37,414 bases of DNA from Candidatus Bathyarchaeota archaeon (GTDB taxonomy: Archaea > Thermoproteota > Bathyarchaeia > Bathyarchaeales > Bathyarchaeaceae): NCBI GenBank assembly GCA_965602795.1, contig CBFCZR010000002.1, forward strand, positions 1 to 37,414, read 5' to 3'. The notes under the pieces are model-generated. The model made no database searches and was not told where the DNA came from. It worked only from the letters and a program-made list of their open reading frames with translations. Both the position numbers and the translations under genes were made by a program. This document shows positions 25,205 through 34,601 of the stretch, piece by piece. Numbering within the stretch: position 1 is the first letter of the stretch; every line of letters starts with the position of its first letter.

Positions 25205-26074
25205 TTGGCAAAAGACAAAGCAGCACCTCCTGCAGAGAAAAAGATGAAAACTAAAAAGAAGGCTGCCAAATCAAAAGCTCCTGTTGATGCTAAAAAAGCT
25301 TTAGCGGCTAAGAAAGCAGCCAAGAAAGAAGCTCCACCAGAAAAGAAAAAGCCTGTAAAAAAAGAGAAAGCAGAGTCAAAGGTAGCTAAACCGAAAGCTC
25401 CTGCCAAAGAAAAAGCAGCTGAACCCAAGGTTAGTCCTGCTAAAGAAAAGAAAGAAGTTCCCGAAAAGAAGGTAGATGAAGCAAAAACTCCATCTGCAAA
25501 GAAAGAGCCGGTGAGTGAAGAGAAAACAGAGCCTAAAGCGGCTGAAACTGCACGTAGAGAATGGACTAAAAAACCCATGCTTAAGCCTAGAATAGAAAAA
25601 GTAACTGTCAATATGTCAGTTGGACAGTCAGGAAAACCTCTTGAACAGGCGGCAACAATTCTCCAGCAACTAACAAATCAAAAGCCCTCTCGGAGACAAG
25701 CCAAAAAAACCATACGCGAATTCGGTATTAGAAAAGGGGAATCTGTAGCGTGTCTAGTGACTCTTCGAAAGGAAAAAGCAGAAGAATTCCTCCGGAAGGC
25801 TCTGCAAGCAGTCGAGAACAAGCTTTCAAAGTACTGTTTTGATCGCCAAGGCAACTTTGCATTTGGAATCAAAGAACACATAGACATTCCCGGCACCAAA
25901 TACATGCCTCAGCTCGGCATCCACGGCATGGATGTCTCAGTTTCCCTTGGCAGAGCAGGATACCGAGTTAAACGTAGACACCGCGTCAAGTCTAAGATTG
26001 GAAAAAACCATCTGTTGACCACTGAAGAAGCGGTACTATTTATTAAAGACGAATTTGATGTTGAAATAATATAA
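25205..26074 (+). CDS. rpl5: 50S ribosomal protein uL5 with ~124-aa lysine-rich N-terminal extension
   Basis: Conserved uL5 core starts at [19 protein letters not shown] (ATG 25577) and runs to 26074. The same frame is open upstream to a TTG at 25205, which is preceded by GGAGGTGG and lies 2 nt after the eS4 stop. An ATG at 25244 is an alternative start. Confidence 0.8.
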   Translation: MAKDKAAPPAEKKMKTKKKAAKSKAPVDAKKALAAKKAAKKEAPPEKKKPVKKEKAESKVAKPKAPAKEKAAEPKVSPAKEKKEVPEKKVDEAKTPSAKKEPVSEEKTEPKAAETARREWTKKPMLKPRIEKVTVNMSVGQSGKPLEQAATILQQLTNQKPSRRQAKKTIREFGIRKGESVACLVTLRKEKAEEFLRKALQAVENKLSKYCFDRQGNFAFGIKEHIDIPGTKYMPQLGIHGMDVSVSLGRAGYRVKRRHRVKSKIGKNHLLTTEEAVLFIKDEFDVEII

Positions 26075-26087
26075 TAAGGATGAATTC

Positions 26088-26252
26088 ATGGTGAAACAGC
26101 AATCTAGGACAGAACGAAAGTCCAGTAAAGGCAGTCGACCCTGTAGACGATGCGGGTCCTACGGCGCGCTTATCCGCAGGTACGACTTGAATCTTTGTCG
26201 TCAATGCTTTAGGGAGATTGCTAAAGATCTAGGTTTCAGGAAGTACGAGTAA
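26088..26252 (+). CDS. rps14: 30S ribosomal protein uS14 (zinc-binding type Z)
   Basis: Below the ORF-track cutoff. [54 protein letters not shown] has the CxxC...CxxC motif. Canonical position between uL5 and uS8. Confidence 0.85.
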   Translation: MVKQQSRTERKSSKGSRPCRRCGSYGALIRRYDLNLCRQCFREIAKDLGFRKYE

Positions 26253-26269
26253 AAGGAGATGTATCAGAT

Positions 26270-26662
26270 TTGCCTATGATGGACACGCTTGCAAACGGTT
26301 TAACCACCATAATTAACAATGAGATACGAAGAAAACGCGAATGCATAATCAACCGAGCATCCAAACTTTTGGGGCGTGTCTTGCGAGTTATGCAGCTTAA
26401 TGGTTACATCGGAGAGTTCGAGTTTATTGATGATGGGCGCTCCGGAAAATTTAGAGTACAGCTTCTTGGCAGAGTCAACAAATGTGGCGCTATAAAACCT
26501 AGGCTTCCTGTAAATTCTAAGGAAATAGAGAACTGGGAAAAACAGTTTCTCCCCTCCAGAGACATAGGAGTGCTAGTGTTTTCCACCTCTCAAGGGGTTA
26601 TGTCCCATAAAGAGGTTAAAGAAAAGAAGATTGGTGGGCGCCTTTTGGCCTTTGTTTATTAG
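26270..26662 (+). CDS. rps8: 30S ribosomal protein uS8
   Basis: [14 protein letters not shown]...[39 protein letters not shown] 26270 is about 11 nt after GGAG; ATG 26276/26279 are alternatives. Confidence 0.9.
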   Translation: MPMMDTLANGLTTIINNEIRRKRECIINRASKLLGRVLRVMQLNGYIGEFEFIDDGRSGKFRVQLLGRVNKCGAIKPRLPVNSKEIENWEKQFLPSRDIGVLVFSTSQGVMSHKEVKEKKIGGRLLAFVY

Positions 26663-26674
26663 GAGAAGTAGAAT

Positions 26675-27223
26675 ATGCGGGCAATCGAAACTGTGGCAAC
26701 TGTTGAAATTCCTGAAGGCGTAGAGGGTACGCTGGATGGCAGAATCGTTACGATAAAAGGTGAAAAAGGAGAATTGGTCAGAGACTTTTCTCATGCGCCC
26801 GTGCAGATTCAACTAGATGGAAAGACAGTAACCGTTCAAGCAAGTTGGCCTCGCAAAAAGGAAGCTGCCCTTGTGGGAACTGTCCGTTCTCATATCCAGA
26901 ACATGATAAAGGGAGTAACGAAGGGATTCACTTACAAAATGAAAATCGTTTTCTCCCACTTCCCAATAACCGTTAAAGTTCAAGGGAAAACATTAACCAT
27001 CGCGAACTTCACCGGAGAACGAAACCCGCGCAAAGCCAAGATAATGGGAGACACCAAAGTTACAATCAAGGGAGACGACATCATCATACAGGGAATCAGC
27101 CTTGAAGATGTTAGTCAAACCGCTGCAAACATCCAAAATACAACAAAAATTAAAATAAAAGATCCGCGGGTGTTCCTAGACGGCATCTACGTTTACGAAA
27201 AACATGAGGGAATCCAAGAATGA
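26675..27223 (+). CDS. rpl6: 50S ribosomal protein uL6
   Basis: Two-domain uL6 pattern (IPEGVEGTLDGRIVTIKGEKGEL...; FTYKMKIVFSHFPITVKVQGKTLTIANFTGER). Confidence 0.9.
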   Translation: MRAIETVATVEIPEGVEGTLDGRIVTIKGEKGELVRDFSHAPVQIQLDGKTVTVQASWPRKKEAALVGTVRSHIQNMIKGVTKGFTYKMKIVFSHFPITVKVQGKTLTIANFTGERNPRKAKIMGDTKVTIKGDDIIIQGISLEDVSQTAANIQNTTKIKIKDPRVFLDGIYVYEKHEGIQE

Positions 27224-27696
27224 CACCGAAAGAGCAGGAGACAATTGCAGAAAAGCAATTCCCCAAAAAGAATCAAAGACACAAGAAACCCAAATTTAGG
27301 CGCCAAGAAAGCTGGAGATATAAGCGCGTGGGGAATACTTGGAGAAAGCCTCATGGCATAGACAGCAAAATGCGGAAAAAAGTTAAGGGATGGCCCGTCT
27401 CTCCAACCACCGGTTACCGAAGCCCCAAGAAAACAAGAGGTCTGCACCCGTCAGGTTTCGTAGAGACTCGAGTTCAATCTGTGACTGATTTGGGGGGAAT
27501 AGACCCCGAATTGCAGGCTATAAGAATAGCTCGCACGGTGGGAGGTAGAAAAAGAGTTGAGATTCTATCTTTAGCTGAGGAAAAAGGAATCCACGTTTTA
27601 AATCCAAGAGCGGCTCGGGAGCCTGAAGAGTTCAAGGAAGGCGAGGAGTTAGAAGAAATAGAAGAGACAGAAAACCTGTCTGATGGAGAGAAGTGA
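27220..27696 (+). CDS. rpl32e: 50S ribosomal protein eL32 (with acidic C-terminal tail)
   Basis: FRRQESWRYKRVGNTWRKPHGIDSKMRKKVKGWP...GYRSPKKTRGLHPSGF. Tail EPEEFKEGEELEEIEETENLSDGEK. ATGA overlap with uL6. Confidence 0.9.
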   Translation: MTPKEQETIAEKQFPKKNQRHKKPKFRRQESWRYKRVGNTWRKPHGIDSKMRKKVKGWPVSPTTGYRSPKKTRGLHPSGFVETRVQSVTDLGGIDPELQAIRIARTVGGRKRVEILSLAEEKGIHVLNPRAAREPEEFKEGEELEEIEETENLSDGEK

Positions 27697-28151
27697 AGTT
27701 GAGTCTAAAAAGTCAGCGTCGGTTAGCTGCCGAGATCTTGAAGATAGGCGAAAGCCGAGTTTGGATAGACCCAGAAAGGATAGATTACGTTGAAGCAGCC
27801 ATCACTCGAGAAGAAATCAGGAAGTTGATTCACGAAAAAGTTGTCAGAGCGCTTCCTCAGAAAGGCGTTAGCCGTGCTCGAGCCAGAGCTCTGAAAGAAA
27901 AGAGGAAGAAAGGACTGAGGAGAGGATTTGGAGGAAAGAGTGGTTCTGCTAGGTCAAAAATCTCCAAGAAGCAGGCTTGGATAAACCAGATTAGACCCTT
28001 AAGGAAGAGATTGCACGAATTGAAGGATAGCCGCGCTATCACAGAAGCTGTTTACCGTAAACTGTATGATATGTCAGAAAGCGGAGTCTTCGAATCGAAG
28101 GCTGATTTGGAACGCTACATCCGAATCCATGGTTTATGGAGGAGACGATAA
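27693..28151 (+). CDS. rpl19e: 50S ribosomal protein eL19
   Basis: LKSQRRLAAEILKIGESRVWIDPE...SRARARALKEKRKKGLRRGFG. GTG 27693 overlaps the eL32 stop; TTG 27699 is an alternative. Confidence 0.9.
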   Translation: MKLSLKSQRRLAAEILKIGESRVWIDPERIDYVEAAITREEIRKLIHEKVVRALPQKGVSRARARALKEKRKKGLRRGFGGKSGSARSKISKKQAWINQIRPLRKRLHELKDSRAITEAVYRKLYDMSESGVFESKADLERYIRIHGLWRRR

Positions 28152-28771
28152 TGGCAACTGGACCAAGATACCGAGTGCCTTTCCGCAGAAGAAGAGAAGG
28201 CAAAACAAATTATCGATCCCGCAGAGCTCTTGTTCTGTCCAGGGTGCCTCGTCTAGTAATTCGGCTTACTCTGAATCATGCGATTGTCCAAGTAATAGAA
28301 GCTGAAGCCATAGGAGACAAGGTTGTTGTTTCTACTCATTCACGTGAATTGAAGAAAACCTACGGTTGGCTGGGCAACTGCGGAAATATTCCATCCGCTT
28401 ATCTAACTGGTCTCCTGTGCGGTTTCAAGGCAATGGCTAATGGTGTAGACAAAGCTTTCTTGGATATTGGTTTGCATATTCCCTCTAAGGGAACGAGACT
28501 TTTTGCCGCCTTAAAGGGAGTCATCGACGCTGGTGTTGAAGTTCCCCACAGTGAAGATATACTTTCGGACGAAGATAGAATAAGCGGAAAGCACATCGCA
28601 GACTATGCAAGTCAGTTGGCTTCAGAACCTGAGGTCTACAAGCAGAGATTCTCAAAGTATCTTGCGGAAGGGTCACGGCCAGAAGAGATACCTGAACGTT
28701 TTTCTGCAGTGAAAGATAAGATTACATCTTCGTTTAAGAAAAAGGTGAAAGCACAGAGGGAAGAAACATGA
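28151..28771 (+). CDS. rpl18: 50S ribosomal protein uL18
   Basis: MATGPRYRVPFRRRREGKTNYRSRRALV... The ATG at 28151 overlaps the eL19 TAA (TAATG). The track start at 28136 is rejected. Confidence 0.9.
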   Translation: MATGPRYRVPFRRRREGKTNYRSRRALVLSRVPRLVIRLTLNHAIVQVIEAEAIGDKVVVSTHSRELKKTYGWLGNCGNIPSAYLTGLLCGFKAMANGVDKAFLDIGLHIPSKGTRLFAALKGVIDAGVEVPHSEDILSDEDRISGKHIADYASQLASEPEVYKQRFSKYLAEGSRPEEIPERFSAVKDKITSSFKKKVKAQREET

Positions 28772-29400
28772 GATCCCGCAAAGATAAGTTTGAAGATTGG
28801 AAACCCCGTACAAGGCTGGGAAAAATGATTCTTGAGAGGAAAATCTCTTCCATAGAAGAATTGTTCATGGAAGGGCTCAAGATACGGGAACCAGAGATAG
28901 TTGATGTTCTTCTTCCCGATCTCCATGAGGAAGTTATAAACATAGGTTTAGTGCAGAAGCAAACTGACGCTGGAGAGAAATCCCGTTTCAGAGCTATCGT
29001 GGTTGTGGGAAACCGCGACGGTTACGTCGGTTTGGGTTCGGGAAAAGCAAAGCAGGTGCGCTCCGCCATAGAGAAAGCTGCTGTGGACGCACGTCTACAC
29101 ATAACCCCTATTCGTCGAGGCTGTGGATCATGGGAATGCGGATGCGGAAAATCTCACTCTCTGCCATTCCAAGTTAGCGGCGAGTGCGGCGGCGTTGAAA
29201 TTGTTCTGATTCCTGGCCCGAGAGGTTTAGGTATTGTTGCAAGCGAGGCAGCAAAGCTTATCCTAGGGTTGGCTGGTGTAAAGGATTGCTGGACGAAAAG
29301 CTATGGCTCCACAAGAACTGTACCTTCTTTTGCTTACGCCGTCTTTGATGCCCTTAAAAGAACTTACCTGTTGGTCACACCGAAGGATTGGGTGAGTTAA
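28768..29400 (+). CDS. rps5: 30S ribosomal protein uS5
   Basis: WKPRTRLGKMI...VVVGNRDGYVGLGSGKAKQVRSAIEKA...PGPRGLGIVA. Confidence 0.9.
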   Translation: MRSRKDKFEDWKPRTRLGKMILERKISSIEELFMEGLKIREPEIVDVLLPDLHEEVINIGLVQKQTDAGEKSRFRAIVVVGNRDGYVGLGSGKAKQVRSAIEKAAVDARLHITPIRRGCGSWECGCGKSHSLPFQVSGECGGVEIVLIPGPRGLGIVASEAAKLILGLAGVKDCWTKSYGSTRTVPSFAYAVFDALKRTYLLVTPKDWVS

Positions 29401-29401
29401 A

Positions 29402-29881
29402 GTGGCGGAACAAAGAAAGTGTTTGGTGGCAGTTCGGATTCGGGGCATTAGTGATATTTCTCAGGAAATCAAAGACACAATGAATATGCTGCGGCTAACC
29501 CGAAACTGTCACGCCACATTGGTTGACGATCGTCCCGCCTACAATGGCATGTTGCGGAAAAGTAAGGATTATTTGACTTGGGGTGAGGTCTCCCAAGAGA
29601 ATGTGGCGCTTCTTTTGAAGAAGAGAGGAAGGCTTGTGGGGGATAAAAAATTGACAGACGAATACGCCAAAGAGTTGGGCTACAAATCGTTGGATGACTT
29701 AGCTGAAGCAATATTCAAGGTAGAAGTGGATTGCAGTAGTCTTCCCAAAGTTAAGCCTGTGTTCCGCCTTCGCCCACCGAAAAAAGGTTTCAAAGGAAAA
29801 GTGAAACGAAGTTATGCTGCTGGCGGGGAACTCGGATATAGGGGAGACGCAATTAACGACCTCCTGAAACGAATGGTGTAG
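29402..29881 (+). CDS. rpl30: 50S ribosomal protein uL30
   Basis: LVAVRIRGISDISQEIKDTMNMLRLTRNCHATLVDDRPAYNGMLRKSKDYLTWGE. GTG start 2 nt after the uS5 stop. Confidence 0.85.
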   Translation: MAEQRKCLVAVRIRGISDISQEIKDTMNMLRLTRNCHATLVDDRPAYNGMLRKSKDYLTWGEVSQENVALLLKKRGRLVGDKKLTDEYAKELGYKSLDDLAEAIFKVEVDCSSLPKVKPVFRLRPPKKGFKGKVKRSYAAGGELGYRGDAINDLLKRMV

Positions 29882-29946
29882 CCGACGCAAGCGATAATCT
29901 TTATAGTCACCTTGTCAGCACAGTCTCAGTTAAGGAAGGAATTTCC

Positions 29947-30471
29947 GTGAGCGACCCTTGGTGGAAACGAAGAAAAAAGAAGAATCCTTGGTTTAATGAC
30001 CTATACGACGAGCTGGAAAAGCTAGGGGACCTTATAGATGAAACCATGCAGAAAGCCTTGGACAACCCCTCCAAAGACACGCCAACAAAACGTAAAATTT
30101 TTTCCGTAAAAATCGGTCCTGACGGAAAGCCAAATGTTCAAGAGTTTAATAACAATCAACCACTGCAAGCTGAATCCGAAGTCGGCGACGACTTGGAGCC
30201 TTTAGTCGATATCCTCGAAGAGGGGGAGACGGTGATTGTTTTAGCGGCGCTTCCGGGAGTCAACAAAGATGACATTGACCTTCGCTTAACTGAGAGAAAT
30301 TTGACTTTTTCTGTTGATGCTGTTGACTTTGAGTGGTATGATGAATTGAGGCTTCCTGCTAGAGTGAATCCGAAGTCAGCGCGGGCGTCGTACAAGAATG
30401 GAGTGCTGGAGATAAAAGTGAAAAAATTGGAGAAGCCATTTAGGGCTGGTAGAATATCTTTGAAAAAGTGA
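29947..30471 (+). CDS. Hsp20/alpha-crystallin family small heat-shock protein
   Basis: Alpha-crystallin core EPLVDILEEGETVIVLAALPGVNKDDIDLRLTERNLTFSV...LRLPARVNPKSARASYKNGVLEIKVKK. GTG start preceded by AAGGAAGGA. Confidence 0.8.
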   Translation: MSDPWWKRRKKKNPWFNDLYDELEKLGDLIDETMQKALDNPSKDTPTKRKIFSVKIGPDGKPNVQEFNNNQPLQAESEVGDDLEPLVDILEEGETVIVLAALPGVNKDDIDLRLTERNLTFSVDAVDFEWYDELRLPARVNPKSARASYKNGVLEIKVKKLEKPFRAGRISLKK

Positions 30472-30481
30472 GGTTTGATGT

Positions 30482-30928
30482 TTGCCACATAAAAAGAGGA
30501 AAGTTAGAAAACAGCGTGGATCTAGGACCCATGGATACGGTCAGATAGGGCAACATAGAAGTGGAGGGGGCGGAAGAGGAGGGCATGGAAAAGCAGGATT
30601 GGACAAACACAAATGGACATACGTGATAAAACATGACCCCACATACTGGGAAAAGAAAGGCTTTGTGTCCACCAGAACCCTCGGAAAAAAGGTTAGCATC
30701 ATAAATGTTGGAAAATTGGATGATCTTGTTGACAAACTGGATTCCGAGAAAAAGCTGGAGAGAAAAGAGAAAAAGATCTTTTTGGATTTGGAAAGCCTTG
30801 GCTACGACAAGCTTTTGGGAACTGGCGAAGTAAGCAAACCTCTGCTAGTTAAGATCGTGTCATATTCAGAGGCTGCCTCTAGGAAATTGGAAGAGGCAGG
30901 CGGAGAAATCCTCAAAGAAAAAGAGTAA
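30482..30928 (+). CDS. rpl15: 50S ribosomal protein uL15
   Basis: KKRKVRKQRGSRTHGYGQIGQHRSGGGGRGGHGKAG. TTG start 8 nt after GTGAGGT. Confidence 0.9.
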   Translation: MPHKKRKVRKQRGSRTHGYGQIGQHRSGGGGRGGHGKAGLDKHKWTYVIKHDPTYWEKKGFVSTRTLGKKVSIINVGKLDDLVDKLDSEKKLERKEKKIFLDLESLGYDKLLGTGEVSKPLLVKIVSYSEAASRKLEEAGGEILKEKE

Positions 30929-31062
30929 ACGCCGAATGATGTTCCTAGTTTAACTGATTTGGGTTAACCTAAAAAGTCAAAGTGTTTATATTTGCGTTCA
31001 ACATACGCAACTTAACAAACCAACTTACAAAATGTTAAACTTAATAATATAGGCGAAAAGTC

Positions 31063-32487
31063 ATGGCTGGCAGATTCCTTTCACTGTTCGGACCACTATC
31101 AAGGTTCCTACCTGAAGTAAGCTCACCAACTCGGAAAGTGAGCTTCAACGAAAAACTATTCTGGACAGCCTTGGCGCTAATAATTTATCTGGTTATGGGT
31201 CAGATATTTCTCTTCAATGTCAGAGATCTAGGAACGCAAGTCGAAACTCTCAGAATAATTTTTGCTTCGAACCAAGGAACCCTCACAGCGCTTGGGATAG
31301 GTCCCATAGTAACTGGTGGGCTTATTCTGCAGTTGCTCATCGGCTCCAGCATCGTAAGTGCTGATTTAAGCAACCCAGACGACCGGGCTCTGTTCACTGC
31401 AGCCGCAAAGGTCTTTTCCATAGTTCTCACCGGAGTTCAGGCTTCTGCCTATCTCATAAGCGGAATGTATGGTACTCTGGACCCTATTTCCAGCATAATA
31501 ATTTTTGCTCAACTTCTATTCGCTGGTGTAGTGCTGATACTCTTGGATGAAATGTTGCAGAAAGGTTGGGGAATTGGAAGCGGGATAAGCCTCTTTATCT
31601 TGGCTGGAGTAGCGCAAACCATTATGTGGTCCAGCTTCTCTCCATTTGGACCTATGGATGACGGTAAGCAGCATGGAGCATTCATCGCCCTTGGTCAAAC
31701 AATCCTTAACGGTGAACCTTTGACGAACGCCTTTTTCAGATACGACCTAAAGAGTGGTGCTCTTACGACTCTTCCTAGTATGCTAGGTTTCCTAACAACA
31801 ATCATTGTATTCGTCATAGTAATCTACATGGAAGGAGTCAGAGTTGAACTTCCCATCTCCCATGCCAATTACCGAGGATTCCGAGGCAAATACCCAATAA
31901 AACTTCTCTACGTCTCAAACCTACCTGTAATCTTCGCCTCCGCCCTCTTCGCCAACGTCTACGTATTCGCGCAACTTCTGCAAAGCCAGTTTCCGAATAA
32001 CTTCTGGGTCAACCTTCTCGGTACCTTTGGAGGGGAGCAAGGAACAACCCTAAACGGAGGTCTTGCATATTACGTGACTTCCCCTAATGGTTTAGGAGAG
32101 GTTGTAGCCGATCCGTTGAGAGCCGTAGTTTTTGTAGGCGTTATGGTTACATTTGCAATAATCTTTTCGTTAACATGGCTAGAAGTAGGAGGCTTAGGAC
32201 CCAGCACTGTCGCAAAACAGCTTGTTGACTCAGGCATGCAGATTCCAGGATTCCGCAGGTCAGGCAGGTCCATAGAAATGATTCTCAAACGTTACATTCC
32301 GGTGGTTACAATCCTTGGGGGCGCAATAATTGGGTTTATTGCCGCTGTTGCCGGATTCTTCGGCGTGTTCGGAACAGGTATGGGTGTCCTGCTTGCAGTA
32401 GGTATCTTATATCAGTATTATCAACTACTTGTGCAGGAGCAGGTTGCCGAGATGTATCCAGCCTTGGGTCGTGTATTAGGAGGATAA
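31063..32487 (+). CDS. secY: Preprotein translocase subunit SecY
   Basis: 474 aa, 10-TM pattern with typical motifs (FASNQGTLTALGIGPIVTGGLILQLL; KLLYVSNLPVIFASAL). Canonical position after uL15. Confidence 0.95.
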   Translation: MAGRFLSLFGPLSRFLPEVSSPTRKVSFNEKLFWTALALIIYLVMGQIFLFNVRDLGTQVETLRIIFASNQGTLTALGIGPIVTGGLILQLLIGSSIVSADLSNPDDRALFTAAAKVFSIVLTGVQASAYLISGMYGTLDPISSIIIFAQLLFAGVVLILLDEMLQKGWGIGSGISLFILAGVAQTIMWSSFSPFGPMDDGKQHGAFIALGQTILNGEPLTNAFFRYDLKSGALTTLPSMLGFLTTIIVFVIVIYMEGVRVELPISHANYRGFRGKYPIKLLYVSNLPVIFASALFANVYVFAQLLQSQFPNNFWVNLLGTFGGEQGTTLNGGLAYYVTSPNGLGEVVADPLRAVVFVGVMVTFAIIFSLTWLEVGGLGPSTVAKQLVDSGMQIPGFRRSGRSIEMILKRYIPVVTILGGAIIGFIAAVAGFFGVFGTGMGVLLAVGILYQYYQLLVQEQVAEMYPALGRVLGG

Positions 32488-32576
32488 AATTTGAGTAGAA
32501 ACATAAACATCGCAGAAATAGCCGAGACTGGAAAACATTTTCATACCAAAGAAACTAAAGCCTATGGGAGGAGTAG

Positions 32577-33104
32577 ATGATGAGTTCCTTCTTGGCTCAG
32601 GCCCCCTACATAACCATAATTGTTCTCTTTGTTTCCTTAGTCATGTCCTTCTTTTCCTCAATGATCAACATCAAGTTCGTGCCTAAGGAGCACCGCCAAA
32701 AAGTAAAGGCACTGCAACGCAAGATCTCTGCTTTAACTAAAGAGAAAAACGAAAATATGAAGAAGGCGAAGAGCGAAGAAGACAAAAAACTGCTCAAGAA
32801 GGCTAAGAGGCAAGAAAAACAGCTTCTTCAGCTTCAATCTCAAGCCCTATCCTTGTCTTCTAAACAGTTTAGAGTGTTTCCTATTACTATGGCAGTTTTT
32901 TTTGTTGTGTGGCTTTTGCTAACTGGGAACTTTTTTGTTTTCAAATTGTTTGAGAGCCCATTCATTGGTCCCGACCCTGTGGCTTATCTTCCATGGTTGG
33001 ATGGCGTATTGCCGCTGACCCTGTTTAACTGGTATTTCATATGCTCTATTCTGTTTTCAATCCTATTCTCTCGTATCTTCGGCTTGACGGGAGGAACTGA
33101 CTAG
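32577..33104 (+). CDS. DUF106 / EMC3-TMCO1-like membrane protein (archaeal Oxa1/YidC-superfamily candidate)
   Basis: TM1 (YITIIVLFVSLVMSFF). K/E-rich coiled-coil hairpin (KVKALQRKISALTKEKNENMKKAKSEEDKKLLKKAKRQEKQLLQLQ). Two further TMs. Position immediately downstream of secY, as for the MJ0480-type proteins I recall. Confidence 0.55.
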   Translation: MMSSFLAQAPYITIIVLFVSLVMSFFSSMINIKFVPKEHRQKVKALQRKISALTKEKNENMKKAKSEEDKKLLKKAKRQEKQLLQLQSQALSLSSKQFRVFPITMAVFFVVWLLLTGNFFVFKLFESPFIGPDPVAYLPWLDGVLPLTLFNWYFICSILFSILFSRIFGLTGGTD

Positions 33105-33171
33105 GGTGCCAGAATCTTCTAGGCGAGCTTGAAGCAATGAATCTTTAATCTGGAATGGCGGCTGTCAGACT

Positions 33172-33771
33172 GTGAAAAACGGTGGTAGAAAAGAACAGAA
33201 AAAAATTGTTATATGTATCAGCGGAATGACTGGTTCCGGAAAGAGCACAGTGGCGAAAAGATTAGCCGACAAATATGGACTTGATTACTTTTCCGGCGGG
33301 AACGCTTTGAAAACGTTAGCCCAAGAAGAGGGATACAATCCTGATGTAACTGGATGGTGGGAAACAGCTGAGGGCCTGAAGTTTCTTCAGCAGAGGATGG
33401 GAGACCCTGTCTTCGACAAGAGAATTGATGAAAAGTTGCTGGAGCTGGCGGAGCAAGGCAACGTTGTTCTTGACAGCTGGACTATGCCTTGGCTGTTAAA
33501 TTGGGGATTCAAGGTGTGGTTGGAGGCTTCGCCTCAGGTTAGAGCCAAACGAGTGGTGAATCGAGACTCCATCAGCATTGAAGAGGCGATAAAAGCCTTA
33601 ACCGAAAAAGATGAACGAACTAGGCAGATATACAAGAAACTTTACGGGTTCGATTTAGGCAACGACCTTTCTCCCTTCAATCTTGTTCTCGCCACAGACG
33701 AGCTGGAACCCGACGAAGTCTTCCACGCCGTATGCCTAGTTACCGACCGCCTAGTCTTCGAAGAAACCTAG
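33172..33771 (+). CDS. cmk: Cytidylate (CMP) kinase, archaeal type
   Basis: P-loop ICISGMTGSGKSTVAKRLADKYGLDYFSGG. NMP-kinase layout, ~190 aa. Typical location distal to secY. GTG start. Confidence 0.65.
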   Translation: MKNGGRKEQKKIVICISGMTGSGKSTVAKRLADKYGLDYFSGGNALKTLAQEEGYNPDVTGWWETAEGLKFLQQRMGDPVFDKRIDEKLLELAEQGNVVLDSWTMPWLLNWGFKVWLEASPQVRAKRVVNRDSISIEEAIKALTEKDERTRQIYKKLYGFDLGNDLSPFNLVLATDELEPDEVFHAVCLVTDRLVFEET

Positions 33772-34536
33772 CTCCACAATACTTTCTACAAGTTTTTCGA
33801 AGTTTTCTCTTGTCCGCTCCCGCTTGTAACCTCGTAACTTTTGTATCAGCTGTTTTTCGTCAATCTTCCCCAGATTCTCATTCACCTTATCTGCAATCTG
33901 GCTTCCCAACAAAAGATACTGGCAGACTGAAGTGACATTCGAGACTCTTCGGTTTATGCTCCCTGTCTCAAAATCCACCAAGTAAGGCCGGTCATTATTG
34001 TCAACGAGTATGTGTTTCGGCGCGTTGCTTAGTTCTCCATGGTCCAATCCCGTTTCATCGAGCCTGTAGCACTGCTCCAAAATATCTTTTAAAATCAAGC
34101 GTACACGTGATTGCGCTTCTTTTTCTCCCAAAGATTCTATCCATTCGGGAAAGTGTGTTCCTTCAATCAGCTCCATGAGCAGAAAGTTTTCGCTGATTTC
34201 CAGCAGTTTCGGTCCAACATTTTTGGAATTAGCTATTTTCAGCATCTCCCCTTCATGGAACATTCCCTCGCGGTCAGCGTCAACTCTGCGAATCTTCAAA
34301 GCTGCTAGCCCCAAATTGGTGTAGGCTACAACAACTATGCCCACGCAGCCTTTCCCCAGAACCGGCACACCAAAAACGCTCTTATCTCCCGTAAACTCTA
34401 GAGCTTGCACTCCTAGTTTCTCTAGCTCCTTGAGGCGTCTCTCCAATTCTTCCTGTTCGCATCTTGGATACCCTAGGATTTTGCAGTGTTTCATTTCTCG
34501 GAGCGCTTTCAGGGAGACCACTTCACCCGACTTCAA
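33751..34536 (-). CDS. Atypical Ser/Thr protein kinase (RIO/Bud32-like, COG2112-type)
   Basis: G-loop LGKGCVGIVV, Lys AALKIRR, hinge LLMELIEG, catalytic DHGELSNAPKHILV, YLVDFETG. The 3' end overlaps convergent cmk by 21 nt. Confidence 0.65.
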   Translation of the reverse strand: MKSGEVVSLKALREMKHCKILGYPRCEQEELERRLKELEKLGVQALEFTGDKSVFGVPVLGKGCVGIVVVAYTNLGLAALKIRRVDADREGMFHEGEMLKIANSKNVGPKLLEISENFLLMELIEGTHFPEWIESLGEKEAQSRVRLILKDILEQCYRLDETGLDHGELSNAPKHILVDNNDRPYLVDFETGSINRRVSNVTSVCQYLLLGSQIADKVNENLGKIDEKQLIQKLRGYKRERTRENFEKLVESIVELGFFED

Positions 34537-34601
34537 ATTTTCTCACCTCAAGATGCTGTTTTTCTGAGAACAGTTGTTAAATATGGCATTTCATCATCTG
34601 A

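Noticed and set aside
25186-25611. 141-aa reverse-strand ORF antisense to the uL5 extension.
   Set aside because: Same low-complexity mirror artefact as for the uS3 tail.
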